The notes under the pieces were generated by a model. That model had not been told where the DNA came from. It saw only the letters and a list, made by a program, of their open reading frames with translations, and ran no database searches. DNA of 63,550 nucleotides, filler included, from Neolecta irregularis DAH-3 (lineage: Eukaryota), in assembly GCA_001929475.1 (NCBI GenBank). It is 11 parts of 11 records of this genome, joined end to end, with 100 filler letters (N's around TTAATTAATTAA, not from the genome) between each part and the next. Parts side by side here need not be neighbours in the genome. Positions count along the whole stretch, not along the records: positions 1 to 13,735 come from LXFE01000523.1; positions 13,836 to 21,479 come from LXFE01000526.1; positions 21,580 to 23,862 come from LXFE01004061.1; positions 23,963 to 25,392 come from LXFE01000529.1; 7 more parts are not named here. One strand, written 5' to 3'. Made by a program: the position numbers and the translations under genes. The first letter of the stretch is position 1; every line of letters starts with the position of its first letter. Below are positions 12,477 through 24,132 of this stretch, piece after piece.

Positions 12477-13374
12477 GAATTGTTATTGTTAATATTTCTG
12501 TCTGACTTTAGTTCTGTACATCTTTTTGTTATTTTTTGGGAATGTAATTGTATGTCTTAGATACAACATTTGAAATAGATTTAGTTTTCCTGCATCGGTC
12601 TATGTAGAGATCTGTGTTCTCTTATGCTCTCATTATTTATTTGCACAAGCTTCACAGCGGTATGATTGAACCAATCTCCAGATGAAGAGTCCATCCGACC
12701 GATCCATCAAACATACACAAAGGATGCGGGCTATCAAATCAAAATCATTCCTGGGGGTACCTGATATTAATCACTGCTTCTATTGGGAATATCTCAGTCT
12801 TTTTTACATAGTGTGCGTTTTGTGCGCGCTAAATTTCATAAAATGTGGTTTTAAAAAATTCGAACTCCACAGTTAAATTCCGATTTTAAGCCTGCTGCCC
12901 GCATTGTACTACGGCCCGCCCGTCTCACACCTCGCCCGCCCGCCCGTCCCGTCCGTCCCGCCTGCCCGTCCGCCTATCTCGCTCTCCTACCAGCCTCTCC
13001 CGTCTGAAATTCCAATTTTTTAAAAAGCCTGTCGTAAAGAAATGCTAAGCCGAAGATTTTCGCCTAATACGACGCCATCGGGACCCCTCATTCAAGCTCC
13101 CTCCTCCCCTCTTCCCCCACGATTTTTACTATCACCAATCTCATTCGCGATTCACTATTCTATTTGTTTTGGCACCGTTCTGCTTCCGACGTCGGTCCTC
13201 TGTCTTCTTAAGAGTATCTGCGTACCGGGAATATGGGGCGTGCTGACGAGTCACCGTATGTAAACGGGGCTTAGCCTAGCTTTTCCTTTTTTACCTACAG
13301 CGTGTACCGGAAGGAAGTATGTTGTGTTCTGCAAGTATATAGTTAGTCCCCTGCCCCTCTTTCTTCTCATCAAA

Positions 13375-13715
13375 ATGCCCATCTTTCATAAACATTTGAA
13401 ATCAGACAGGCTTGCAGCTAAAGCATTTCATGAACGGGTGAGATTCCATCGCGTTTGAATACCAATGGTAAGACAGATGTGGGGACACGACTTTACCCCA
13501 ACGTTGCAACCCCCACCAGCTTGCCACCGCCACCGCCAAAGTATCGGATCAAGCACAAGGAGCAGCAAGGGTCGCTGATCATCCCAGGCGGGCCAGTCAT
13601 AGGCATCGCCACCCAGCAAATCAACGGAAAGGCGGGCACGCAGATTATGGCAGCAGCACATGTGTCAAATCTGTATATAAGTAGCGCCCAGCCAGATTAG
13701 CTGGCTAGGCTTTGA
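13375..13715 (+). CDS. Small putative spliced hypothetical protein near contig end
   Basis: ATG exon MPIFHKHLKSDRLAAKAFHER, a GT..AG intron, then an in-frame Pro-rich exon. No family recognised. Confidence 0.25.
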
Positions 13716-13735
13716 CCTGATATTCAATATACGTA

Positions 13736-13835
13736 NNNNNNNNNNNNNNNNNNNNNNNNNNNNNNNNNNNNNNNNNNNNTTAATTAATTAANNNNNNNNN
13801 NNNNNNNNNNNNNNNNNNNNNNNNNNNNNNNNNNN
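13736..13835. other. Artificial contig linker (N-run, TTAATTAATTAA, N-run)
   Basis: The same 100-nt linker, with stops in all six frames, recurs at about 21480, 23863, 25393, 26546, 43315, 51938, 53330, 58922 and 60301. Confidence 0.98.
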
Positions 13836-14074
13836 TTCTCTTCCCCACCGTATCACTCACCTCTGCTTTTGCACAACCAGTGAAAAAGATACACAATGAA
13901 CTAGATGTTTTACCAGACCAAAGGTTTAGTCGGTCTAGATGGTCTAGATGGTGTAATAATTTATACCTTTGTGAGATTCCTTTGTATAAATAAACCCAGA
14001 TATTAAGAAGAGTATACTAGAACAAAAAAGGCTATTAACAAATTGTGGGAGCTTGTGGTACGCAATGCGTTATT

Positions 14075-17000
14075 TTACCTCCACAGTTGATACCACCGTT
14101 GTTCGGCTTCTTCTTCCTCTTCTTCTGCAACCTTCCAGTCCTGAAGAACATTCAAGAAGATATCTTCAAGTCCTATGGGCTTCATTGAATAATATTTTAT
14201 ATTGAGAGCTGCTTTCCATTCCTCCAACATTTTGATTAGCTTTACGATATGGGAAGAGTTTCCAGTTTGGGTAATTTGTAGCTTTATATTTCGATTCAGT
14301 GATTCATCGATGACAATGGACCCTGGATATCTTGATGCAAAAAGGGAACGGGTAGGTCCTGTCGAAGATGTTGTCACTTCAACTTGAATGCTTTGTCCGA
14401 ATCGAGAACGGAGAGTGTCAATAGTTCCAATAGCAAGAACACGTTTGGCAAGAATAGAAACTCGGGTTGAGAGCTTGACAGCTTCGGTCATATCGTGGGT
14501 CGTCAGCAGTACAGCCCGTCCAGCAGAAAGCGAGGGGAATACATCCCAAATAATACGCTTGGCCAATGGATCAAGACCGCAGCTCGGCTCATCAAGAAGT
14601 AGAATCGAAGGATTTCCTGAATGGTAAGCGTTGAAATTACGACCATCTCTTCATACCCAATAAGGCAATTGCTAGACTCAACTTTCTGGCATTTCCGCCT
14701 GATAACTTGGCGCAGCTTTTCTCGGAAAATTGTGCAAGCCCAATGACTCGGATCACAGTCTCAATGTCTTGATGTCGCTGACTTTTAGGAATTCCCTTGA
14801 TATCCGCATAGAATCCTAACTGCTGGCGGACTGTCAAATTATCCTACCATATAAATGACGTGAAAATATCAAACCAAACCTGTGCATCGAATTGCGGACA
14901 AACACCAAGATGCCGTCTAGCTTGACCTCGATTCTTTGTGATAGAATCACCTTGGACAAAAATGTCCCCCTGATCGGCTTTGAGAACGCCTCTAATGTGG
15001 TGAAATATTGTAGTTTTTCCCGCTGAATTCGGCCCACAAATGACCATGCATTCGCCTTTTCGAACGCTAAAAGTAACATTATCGACAGCCTTTAACTTTC
15101 CAAAAGACTTTGAAAGTTGGATGACTTGAAGAGCATCATCTGAGCCATCAAGCAGTCTAATTTCTTCGGCAGTAACATCGGAATTCTTGCTTAAGATTGA
15201 TTTCTCGTAATCCTGATTCTGTTGTCTTCTACGAGAAAAGAGAAAAGAACTGGCATCGTTGCATACTAGAAATATCAAGTAAGCAGCAGATTGAACAACC
15301 AAATAAAAGAAGCAACTTCCATATAAGCGCCAATCTCCCGCAAGCAACTTTTCGTCACCGAGACAGCGTGCTTCAAGTCCGTTTACACCAACAAGGAAAG
15401 CACGGATGAGCGGAATTACAGGATGAAGCCAACCGAGAGTGTAGAATAACAAATTGAGGTTCCTTTTCAGCATTAAAGGATTGGAATATACAAAAATTCC
15501 CACGTTTCCGCCGATGAATATCACAAAGAAGAACAACAACATTGTAGCACTTAACGCAAATGCAGAAAACTGACTCTTTGACTTCAACGAGAGAACATAG
15601 CCTAGTAACGTTGCTGCAATACTGAAGAAGACGAGAACGAACGAAAAGATTCCAAGGCCAAAAAAGGAAGCATTTACTGTTGCTTGTATCTGACCGTTAA
15701 GTACGACGCCGATTAAAATGCTTAGGATAATCATAAGGGGCATTTCATATAACAGATGGCCTGTCCAAACAGCCAAAGGTCTCATTTGATTAGAGTACTG
15801 CAGCGATCGAACGTGTAGAATCTTTTCGTACGTCGGATACATTACCGGAAACGACACCCAAAGTGCGCTCGTGAGCATCAGAAGTCCCAGAAACTGGACC
15901 CATAGGAGGCCACTATCAGCGTTCTTGAGGGTGACATCTCGATATGGTAGGACTCCATACCCTGACTCAAGCTGCAGGCCATCGGACCCTACAAGTTGAT
16001 TGAATCGAATATTATTGACGAGATTCAATAAACCACACCCCTGGATGACATTTCCCTGCAATGGCCATGCAACTATATCTCTTTCTGGGGAAAAGAAAAT
16101 TCCACCAGACATCCTGTATTGAACGTGGTCTTTTTCGGCATTTCGATTTTGCATTTGAAGAAATTCTTCTCGCATATTCTCAGTCGTAGAAACAACAGTC
16201 AGATTTCGTAAGTTTAGTCGTAAGTTTAGAATTGAGGAGGAAGGCATATTCTCGTCAGGACCAAAACATAGCGGACCATATTGATCAATCTCTAAAGGAT
16301 TGAAATGAAGGTCGTGCCCTAGTTCTACATTTTTGTGTATTTCGGAACACGAAGCTTGAACGACCCACTGGGAAGAAACCCATATAACGACACCCACGAT
16401 TAAAACCGTCAAAATGGGGACAAGAAAGTAACCACGTCGAGCAATGAGAAATCGCTTTTTGGCCTGGGCGAGAGCCTGGAAAAAGCTTCCGATTTGACGT
16501 CCGCTTGATAAGTTTATTTTCTCTTCAGTTTCGTGGTCTTCTATGTTTATTGCAGCCATTTCCTCTTTGGCAAGTTTCAGGAATACTTCTTCTAAAGTGG
16601 GCCCTTGAATGGAAACAATCTCCTCCGTGTCCAAGCCATCGAGTATCTTTGTAACGGCAATGGGATCTTTAGCAAAGTATTGTTCATCTTTAGCGCAGAC
16701 GGTATACCCGTTTCCGAGTGTGTTCCTCAATTCTAAAGGTTCGCCGAAACATTTTATGACTCCATTCGACATAATCGCAATCCAATCGCTAAGTAGATCT
16801 GCTTCTTCGAGGTAATGAGTCGTTTGAATGAATGTGCGTTTCCCTCGATTTGCGAGGAGGATGTTCCAAATTTTTCGACGGGATAAAGGATCGAGACCGC
16901 TCGAAACTTCATCGAGGCAACAGACTATTAACCATTAAACATGAACGACGTAATAAATACCTCTAGACCCCCCGACAAGGGATATAAGAAGCTGTAGCCG

Positions 17001-18834
17001 TCGTTTCATTCCACCAGACAAATATTTAGATTGAGAATTTTGTTTAAGAGTCAGATCGCATTCATTCAGTAAGGCCGACAAATCCTCGTTGTTAGGACTC
17101 TTGATTCGACGCCATATATCCGCGTGTTCTCGAGGTGTTAACTCGTCCCATAAAATGTTCTTCTGAGGACATAACGAAAGGGTTCCGGGTGGCAGTTCCC
17201 AACGGTTTCGACCAAAGATCTTCATCGTACCTCTCTGAGCGGTTGTGAGACCCGTAAGACAATTGAGTGTCGTTGATTTTCCAGAACCGTTGGATCCGAT
17301 GAGACAGACTATTGAACCGAGGGGAACGGATAGGGAAATATTGTCGACAGCGGTAACTTTCTTTCGATTGAAAAATATTGACGAAGAATAAGTCTTTGTA
17401 AGATTCTCAATTGATACCGCAGGAGCAGATGTATCAGGTGATTTCGACCGACGAAATAATGGCGAAGTTGAATGTAATTTGTATTCGACAAGGATTCCCA
17501 GTAATGGGTAGATAAATATTAATAAAACCATTAGACTGAATAAGACAGTCAGTGTCAAAGGTCGAAGGGGCTGTGAAATAAAATCCCCGTAGGGAAGTTC
17601 ATTCATCACTGCTCCAAGACCTCGTTCCTCAAAGGTTGCAATGCTCAACAATCCGTAGATGTATGCCGATGGAGGAACGAATAAGATCATAATCGCCCAT
17701 CCATAACCCGGAGGAGCGAGTTTACTCTCGAGATACTTTGCCAGAAACCCAACACAAGCGACCATGATTACTGCCAAGATCCCCGAGGTCATCCCCTTTG
17801 TGAAGAACGATGAGAGGAAAAGACTGTAGGAGACCAAAACGAATAATGTGAGGACAAGTAGACCGACCAGGATAACGGTTGGCGTATAAGTGAACACCTT
17901 TTTTGCAAGGAGGAGACCCATTGCTATAAACGCCGGGAGATACGCTAGGGAGATATAAAGCCACCAACTTGCGAATCTCGCGGATCTTCGACAGCCCATT
18001 ACGTCCATTAGATATGTCAGACCGGCTTCGCGCTCTTGGCTGACAGAGCAAACAAGATGATAGACTGGTCCTAAGATTCCCAGAAAAAATGCAACGATGA
18101 GGAGCGTTTGAAGAGTAGACATGTAGCTTCGTTTATTGCCATCGATTCGTATTTTATCCAGTTCTTCGGAATAAGAGTATTCCTCAGGGGCAGAAAGTTT
18201 CTTCCCTGTAACTGCTTCTGCAATGGCTGATTCTACTGCATGTTGTAGTGACAGGGAAAAGGAAATTGGGCCATTATGGTCGTTTACTCCAGAATTTCGA
18301 AATATGTGAGTAAGTTTGGTTTCTGTTCCAGAGCCAAGGATTGTATAACTGTAGATGTTGTGATTGCGGTTCAACTTTCTGAATTTCACTGCGGCTACAC
18401 AATTTGATTCGTTTTCATTCTTTCCTAGGCAGTCGGAATGTAAAGTTGAGGCGTCTTGACGACGAAGAACTTCAATCTTTGAAGGGAAATTGTACGTTAT
18501 GATATCGCCGATTTCATTTGCAAGGCTAGGATTGTTCGACGTGTCGATTAATAAAAACTTGCCAGAATAGCGATTAATCGCTTTGTGAAGTGGTTCTATC
18601 GCCTGGGGGTTTCCAATTCCTTGCTCGGACCGGTTAGCAAAAAACTCAGATGTGAGTGTGAGGAAGTAGAAAAATCCTATATCAATGTCAATCCAGCAGC
18701 AAATCAACTTTTAGATTACCAATGGGTATTAACAGACAGCGAACAATATTAATAATCCAGTGATTTTTGAATACGAGAGCATTCTTTTTGGTCAATGCCC
18801 TAGTTTGTCGAAGAACATCATTGAGATAACTCAT
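14075..18834 (-). CDS. Full-size ABCA-subfamily ABC transporter (TMD-NBD)x2, multi-exon
   Basis: NBD1 has GSNGSGKST, CPQKNILWDELT, LSGGMKRRL and DEVSSGLDP. NBD2 has GPNSAGKTT, GVCPQFDA, LSGGNARKLS, DEPSCGLDP and LLTTHDM. The N-terminal RQTRALTKKN and large extracellular loops are typical of ABCA. Confidence 0.93.
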
Positions 18835-18865
18835 CGCAATTCCCCGGAGACTTGGTTGATGGTTG

Positions 18866-19680
18866 CAAGAGGAAATTCTGAACCATTTAAGTAAAACTAA
18901 TGGTGGCGTAAGTACATCTGGTGGATAGACTTGGCAAGACATTATCGTTACGATGACAGTAACTAAGAGATAACCGGAATAGAAAATACAGAGCTAGAAC
19001 CCCGGGAGCGGCAGAAGGCTGCACAGAAATTTACCAGCCTCCCCGGAAGTAGAGATAAATAGTGAACTGAAAATAAGAACAGGAAATATCCACAATCATC
19101 ATCCTGGATCCTGTCAAGAAGGATAAAGGCGGGCCATCCTGGATCCGGTCAAGGAGGATAAAGGCGGGTGAGTGAAAGAGGAAATTCTGAACCATCGAAG
19201 CAAACCTTTTGGAATCTGGTTCAAACTAATGGTGGCGTGAGTAGATGGATAGACTTGGCAAGACATTATCGTCACGATAACAGTAACTTGGTACCTTCAC
19301 CCCTTTTTGCGAGCAGGTTCAATCTAACCTTGGCGTAATTATGTGGTAGACTTGGCAAAAGTCATTGTTATCACATGATTAACATGAGACATTTCACTTT
19401 GGAGAAGAAGGAAGGTCTTTTTACTTTTTGCTAGTAGGCTTGTGGCACCGCTGACGAGATATTGACTGCGACACCAAATTTCAACTCAAAGTCCGTCAAC
19501 CCACTCACCTGTCAGTTTTCCTCTTGGACCGGATCCAGGATGATGATGGCGGGTATTTTCTTTTCTTATCTCAGTTAACTATTTTAACTCTACTTCTGGG
19601 GAGGCTGGTACACTGCTGTGCAGCCATTTGACCGCTCCCTTGTTTTCTACCTCTCTAATTTCCTGTTTTCGCGTTATCTT
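18866..19680. repeat. Composite direct and inverted repeat region upstream of the ABCA gene
   Basis: About 18966-19173 is a diverged inverted copy of about 19502-19680 (e.g. GGCTGCACAG..TACCAGCCTCCCC.GAAGTAGAG, ATCATCATCCTGGATCC). A unit containing AACTAATGGTGGCGT..TAGACTTGGCAAGACATTATCGT recurs at about 18868, 19178 and partially at 19325. Confidence 0.8.
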
Positions 19681-19888
19681 GCTTTGTCGCTCTGCTCTTT
19701 CCGTTTGTTACCAGCCTGCTGCTGGCAGCTATAAATATAGGCAGTCTTTCTTCTCTATAGTTTAGCCAATTGTATTACGTTATTTCCGTTTCTAAGTCTT
19801 GACGGCCCAAGAGACTGAAAATCCAATACCACCGCGCTCACCAATCAACAACCTATAATCCTATAAACGCCTACAACATCTAGCTACA
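19510..19888 (+). mobile_element. Solo-LTR-like dispersed repeat
   Basis: Starts TGTCAG, ends TACA and contains GCTATAAA. It is colinear with the minus strand of about 24713-24910, including an exact 23-mer CCAATACCACCGCGCTCACCAAT. Confidence 0.5.
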
Positions 19889-20288
19889 CCCTGCGTGCTT
19901 CAAACACACTTACATGATATCTCAGTCACTAGTGCCTCAAATCATTCAGCAAAGGCCTCTTCGAGACCAGAACGCCAAGAACTGGATTATGCCAAGGAGT
20001 ATTTTGTCACAGTCTCAGATGATGTCTTGTGGAAGAAGGAAGGCCTTTACTTTTTGCTATAAATAGTAGGCTTGTACCCGACTTGTGGAGAAACGACAAT
20101 CCGAATAGACGCAGGCACATACTAGGTGACTAACCCTATCTGGAAAAAGTGACCTCAAGTCTGGTATCAGAGTTCTAACACGCAATCCTAAAGAGTTCCC
20201 ACATCAATCCAGTATTTGACTCAAATCTCTCCGTGATTTGAGTATTTAACTGCGTTCGCTTCTATAGGTTTTTTGCAAACACAAGGAG

Positions 20289-21210
20289 ATGAATTGGGTG
20301 ACATTACTCGCAGCAACTGCTCCCGTCTATATACTATGGATGGTTGACGACATTCTTACCTATTATCGAAGTGACTATCGTCAATTCACAATTGGAACTG
20401 CTAAACTTGTCTGCGATCACTCTGGAATACAAGAATTTGCAGACCTTTCTCCATCAAGGATATTAGAAAATAAAAATAACTGGTATCTGCTATGCCAATG
20501 AGATGTGCTAATCAATAAGGATTCCTTTCTCGGATAAAGCGATAAGGCATGAATTGGAAGAACTAGCGAAATCAGACCTGCCTTTAGAATCGGTTGAACT
20601 CTTTGGTGCTGCGATCTTTCGCTCGTGGGCGACATCACATTTACGAAAGGGCATCTTCACAGATTTCCAAGGGATTTATCAAACTTCATTATATCCACAA
20701 GGATTACTGGACAGCATCAAACGCAACCCTAATTTCTTTTGTTTCACTCAACCTTTGACGAAAATTCTGCAGCCTGTACTGGTGACAGACACAACAGAAT
20801 CTTTTGAAAAGCTGTCGTTTTGGGCGGTCATTGATATATCTCTGCCAAAGATTCTACCACAAAAACCGACAATCAACATCTATATCACAACGGAGTTCAC
20901 GGCGGGATCGATGAAATTAGCACAAGAGTCGTCTTTCCTTGAGAAAATACGAAAAGTATTGCAAAATCGTGAGTTTGAGGAATATACGCACTTTAAGATA
21001 TTGTCGATACCGACACAGAAAGACAGTATGGCCGTGGCATGGGATATCTATAATCGACTGGTCAATTATCAGCCTATCCCAGATATGCAGGATTTTGTAG
21101 TTTCAGACTCGAGGAAGCAGATGAAAGCCATGTTGAGGCGGATGTATCCAAATCCTTTGATTGAGCCTATGGTGGAATTTGAAGATATAACATTCTTTCA
21201 GCCCCTTTAA
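20289..21210 (+). CDS. Hypothetical protein (two exons, hydrophobic N-terminus)
   Basis: A GT..CTAAT..AG intron at 20483-20519 joins the 20289 ORF in frame to the 20554 ORF (…NNW/IPFSDKAIRHELEE…). Confidence 0.65.
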
Positions 21211-21275
21211 CTAAGTGATGTACATACATGATGATCTAACGGAAGCGCTTTTTATCGTGCATGCCAAATCCATAA

Positions 21276-21414
21276 ATGGGCAAAAGCAGTAAAGATAAAC
21301 GAGACATTTATTATCGACTTGCTAAAGAACAAAAATATCGGGCCAGAAGCGCTTTCAAGCTATTGCAGCTAGACGAACAATTTGGTCTTTTTCGAAATGT
21401 GCAGCGAGTTGTTG
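21276..21414 (+). pseudogene. TRM7: 5' fragment of tRNA (C32/G34) 2'-O-methyltransferase Trm7/FTSJ1
   Basis: [38 protein letters not shown] is the Trm7 N-terminus. The expected DLCAAPGSW does not follow before the contig end. Confidence 0.75.
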
Positions 21415-21579
21415 TTTTAATCCTGTTTGTGAGGTCGTTCCACTCATGCCCGCCATTCTCTTCCCCACCGTATCACTCANNNNNNNNNNNNNNNNNNNNN
21501 NNNNNNNNNNNNNNNNNNNNNNNTTAATTAATTAANNNNNNNNNNNNNNNNNNNNNNNNNNNNNNNNNNNNNNNNNNNN

Positions 21580-22428
21580 AACCCTTCTATGGTCCCACCT
21601 TCGAGCACCGCAACCATTCCAGAATTCAACGATCGAGATCGACCTACAAGTTATCTGGATCGAGACAAGATTCCTTGCCAAGGAATACCACTCTGTAATA
21701 GCAGGGATTGGCAAGATATCATAGACATTTATGGGCCTTGCTACCGAATCATTTCCATTATACTTGATGGTTGTGAGACTCTCCAGAAAAGAAGTCCCGC
21801 TTTGACACGCTCTGGTTATTTGAACCGTCAAAATCACCTAAAAACCTCTGTCAAGTTATTATTTTCCCCGAAAACCCCTTCAAAATACGAACAGTACGAA
21901 CAGGACACAATCAATAAAATCACCGAATTTGCACGAAACGCGGGATATACTTCACCTCAGATATGGGCTGAACATATCCTTCCAAGAAAAGTGCGAAACT
22001 TTCCCGAAGACGAAAATGAATTATTACCACCCGGAGAAGTAGATTGGCATAACACCAGCAAAGCAATGCAACGCCGCGAAAACGCCGATATCGGATTCGC
22101 AGGGGTGAGAAATAAGGACTCCCCTTCTAAGAAAAGAAAACCAGGGTCCTCTTCTGTCCTCCATAGCAAGCTTTCTTCGAAAATAAGAAAACCAAGTTCC
22201 TCTTCTGTACCCCGGCCCAGCACGATTAAATTTATACCTTTCAGTGATAAGGACTACCATCGTAGCAAGCTTTCTTCGAAAATAAGAAAACCAAGATCCT
22301 CTTCTGTACTCCCGCCCAACACGATTCAATTTATACCTTTCAGTTATGAGGAGTCCCGTCTTGGCAAGCCTTCTTCGAAAACGATGTCGAGATTACCAAA
22401 CAGATTGTCTTCTAATGTGGTTTCGTAA
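21580..22428 (+). CDS. Orphan multicopy-domain protein (5'-truncated by contig edge) with C-terminal 33-aa tandem repeats
   Basis: 279-aa open frame. It shares GIxLC...YGPC..I..I.L.GC with 23690-23862 and 59250-59900. Confidence 0.6.
   Translation, partial: NPSMVPPSSTATIPEFNDRDRPTSYLDRDKIPCQGIPLCNSRDWQDIIDIYGPCYRIISIILDGCETLQKRSPALTRSGYLNRQNHLKTSVKLLFSPKTPSKYEQYEQDTINKITEFARNAGYTSPQIWAEHILPRKVRNFPEDENELLPPGEVDWHNTSKAMQRRENADIGFAGVRNKDSPSKKRKPGSSSVLHSKLSSKIRKPSSSSVPRPSTIKFIPFSDKDYHRSKLSSKIRKPRSSSVLPPNTIQFIPFSYEESRLGKPSSKTMSRLPNRLSSNVVS
22132..22381 (+). repeat. In-frame 99-bp tandem repeat (about 2.5 copies; SKLSSKIRKP..SSV....I.FIPFS)
   Basis: (A/G)GCAAGC.TTCTTCGAAAA recurs at 22165, 22264 and 22363. 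Confidence 0.9.
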
Positions 22429-23515
22429 ATCATATCTAATGTAGATAAATTCCAAAGTGTCTCTCGGTTTAGATCTTGAAATAGATTTGAAATTACAAAG
22501 AATGTATATGAAATGAAATAATCCTGAATTTGTTAATGATGTTGCAATGCTTGGAAGAATGATAGGATTCCTGTTGGAGTGCGACAAACAGAGGTTTTGA
22601 CAACCCTCCGATAGGAAAACACCCGCGGATACGTTTCTTTACCTTAAACCAAACCAGACTTGAAGTTCTCCCATCTACTTTAAAAAGCGCAAATCTCACC
22701 ACATCGCGAAAGAATTTGTCCTGCCTAAAAGAAAGGTACCTGTGAATAGTGGAAACTTGCAGGGATCATGAAGGAAAAATACCACTTTGGGTAAACTATT
22801 TATCGCTCGAGTTTTGGGTTCTTCCTCAAACACTCTGTAACAATATGCTCGGAGTATATGTTACCATGCAGCTGGTGGCATAGAACGATCTAAGGGCAAT
22901 TAGATTAGAAGTATACAAAGACAGAAAGAGGACATATCTAACCTAAGCTCCAAGGTCCACCTCTTAGATTAGGTATGTCGAAGCTCAAAGGTCCACTTAT
23001 CTTAGATTAGGAATATAACCTATTCTTATTTGTAACCAAGCTTCAACACTTACACACTTGATAATAGGTTGACAAACTTCTCTCGTGACACTATAAGGAG
23101 CCAGCGCTTCAAATATCAAGATAACAGGTATCTAGGTGGGTACCCATAAGCAAAGCTTTGAGTTGGTGTGGTGGCGGTGGTTATTTCCCTTTATGTTTCG
23201 CGTATTTTACATTTCATATGTTCCACATGGCAGGGTGTGGGGACCACCAAGCCCCACAGCCCCCACACGGCAGAACAGGCTGGATTCAGCAGCAAAGGAC
23301 GGGTAGCACTCACCCAATCCGGGAGAGCGGAGTAGGAGGGGAAAGCAACCCAGATCCGGAGGAGACAGAGCTCACACCGGAAGAGGCGCGCTTGGACGGG
23401 TATTTAATTAGGGCCTGGCGCGACCTGCGCATCTGGCTTAATTCTGTATATCATAATACGAGTTGTTGTTACCACGTATAGACTTACATGTTGTTTCTAA
23501 CGTTCTCCCTTTTTA

Positions 23516-23862
23516 TTGGATATTACTTATGCTCGTAGAATCTTTTGCTTTGGTGCCCTTGATGTCATCTCGGCCGTTGCAATGTTGCCTCGCACTCACA
23601 CTTCCGCCATCTCTGACGGTTCCACCACGACCATTTTGGATTCAGGTGAGATTGTAGCGAAGTTTAATCCATTTGAGTGGACAAATCCTCCTAAGGTCCT
23701 ACCTTCAAGCACGGCAACCATTCCAGAATTCAACGATCAGGATCAACCTACAAGTTATCTGGATCTAAACAAGATTCCTCTACAAGGAATACCAACCTGT
23801 AGCACCAAGGATTATCCAACTATCCAGGGTATGTATGGGCCTTGCTTCAAAATCATTGCCGT
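23516..23862 (+). CDS. Second copy of the orphan domain family (3'-truncated by contig edge)
   Basis: PSSTATIPEFNDQDQPTSYLDLNKIPLQGIPTCS..YGPCFKII closely matches 21589-21760 at DNA and protein level. Confidence 0.6.
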
Positions 23863-24132
23863 NNNNNNNNNNNNNNNNNNNNNNNNNNNNNNNNNNNNNN
23901 NNNNNNTTAATTAATTAANNNNNNNNNNNNNNNNNNNNNNNNNNNNNNNNNNNNNNNNNNNNGGCCGCAATATGATTCCACGCCTCTTGCCGTATTGGTA
24001 AGGTGTACCTGAAGGGTACATTCTTACATGGGACGATTCCACAGGTGGGACAGAACACATGTCTTACGGAAGGTGCAATTTTTCTTTCTCTTATCTTTCC
24101 GACTTTCTCTCTGTACCAAATTTCCTGCAAAG

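Noticed and set aside
13736-13835. Recurrent TTAATTAATTAA palindrome in N-runs, and ORFs ending XXXX-LIN
   Set aside because: Artificial six-frame-stop contig linker, not a biological repeat or CRISPR-like array.
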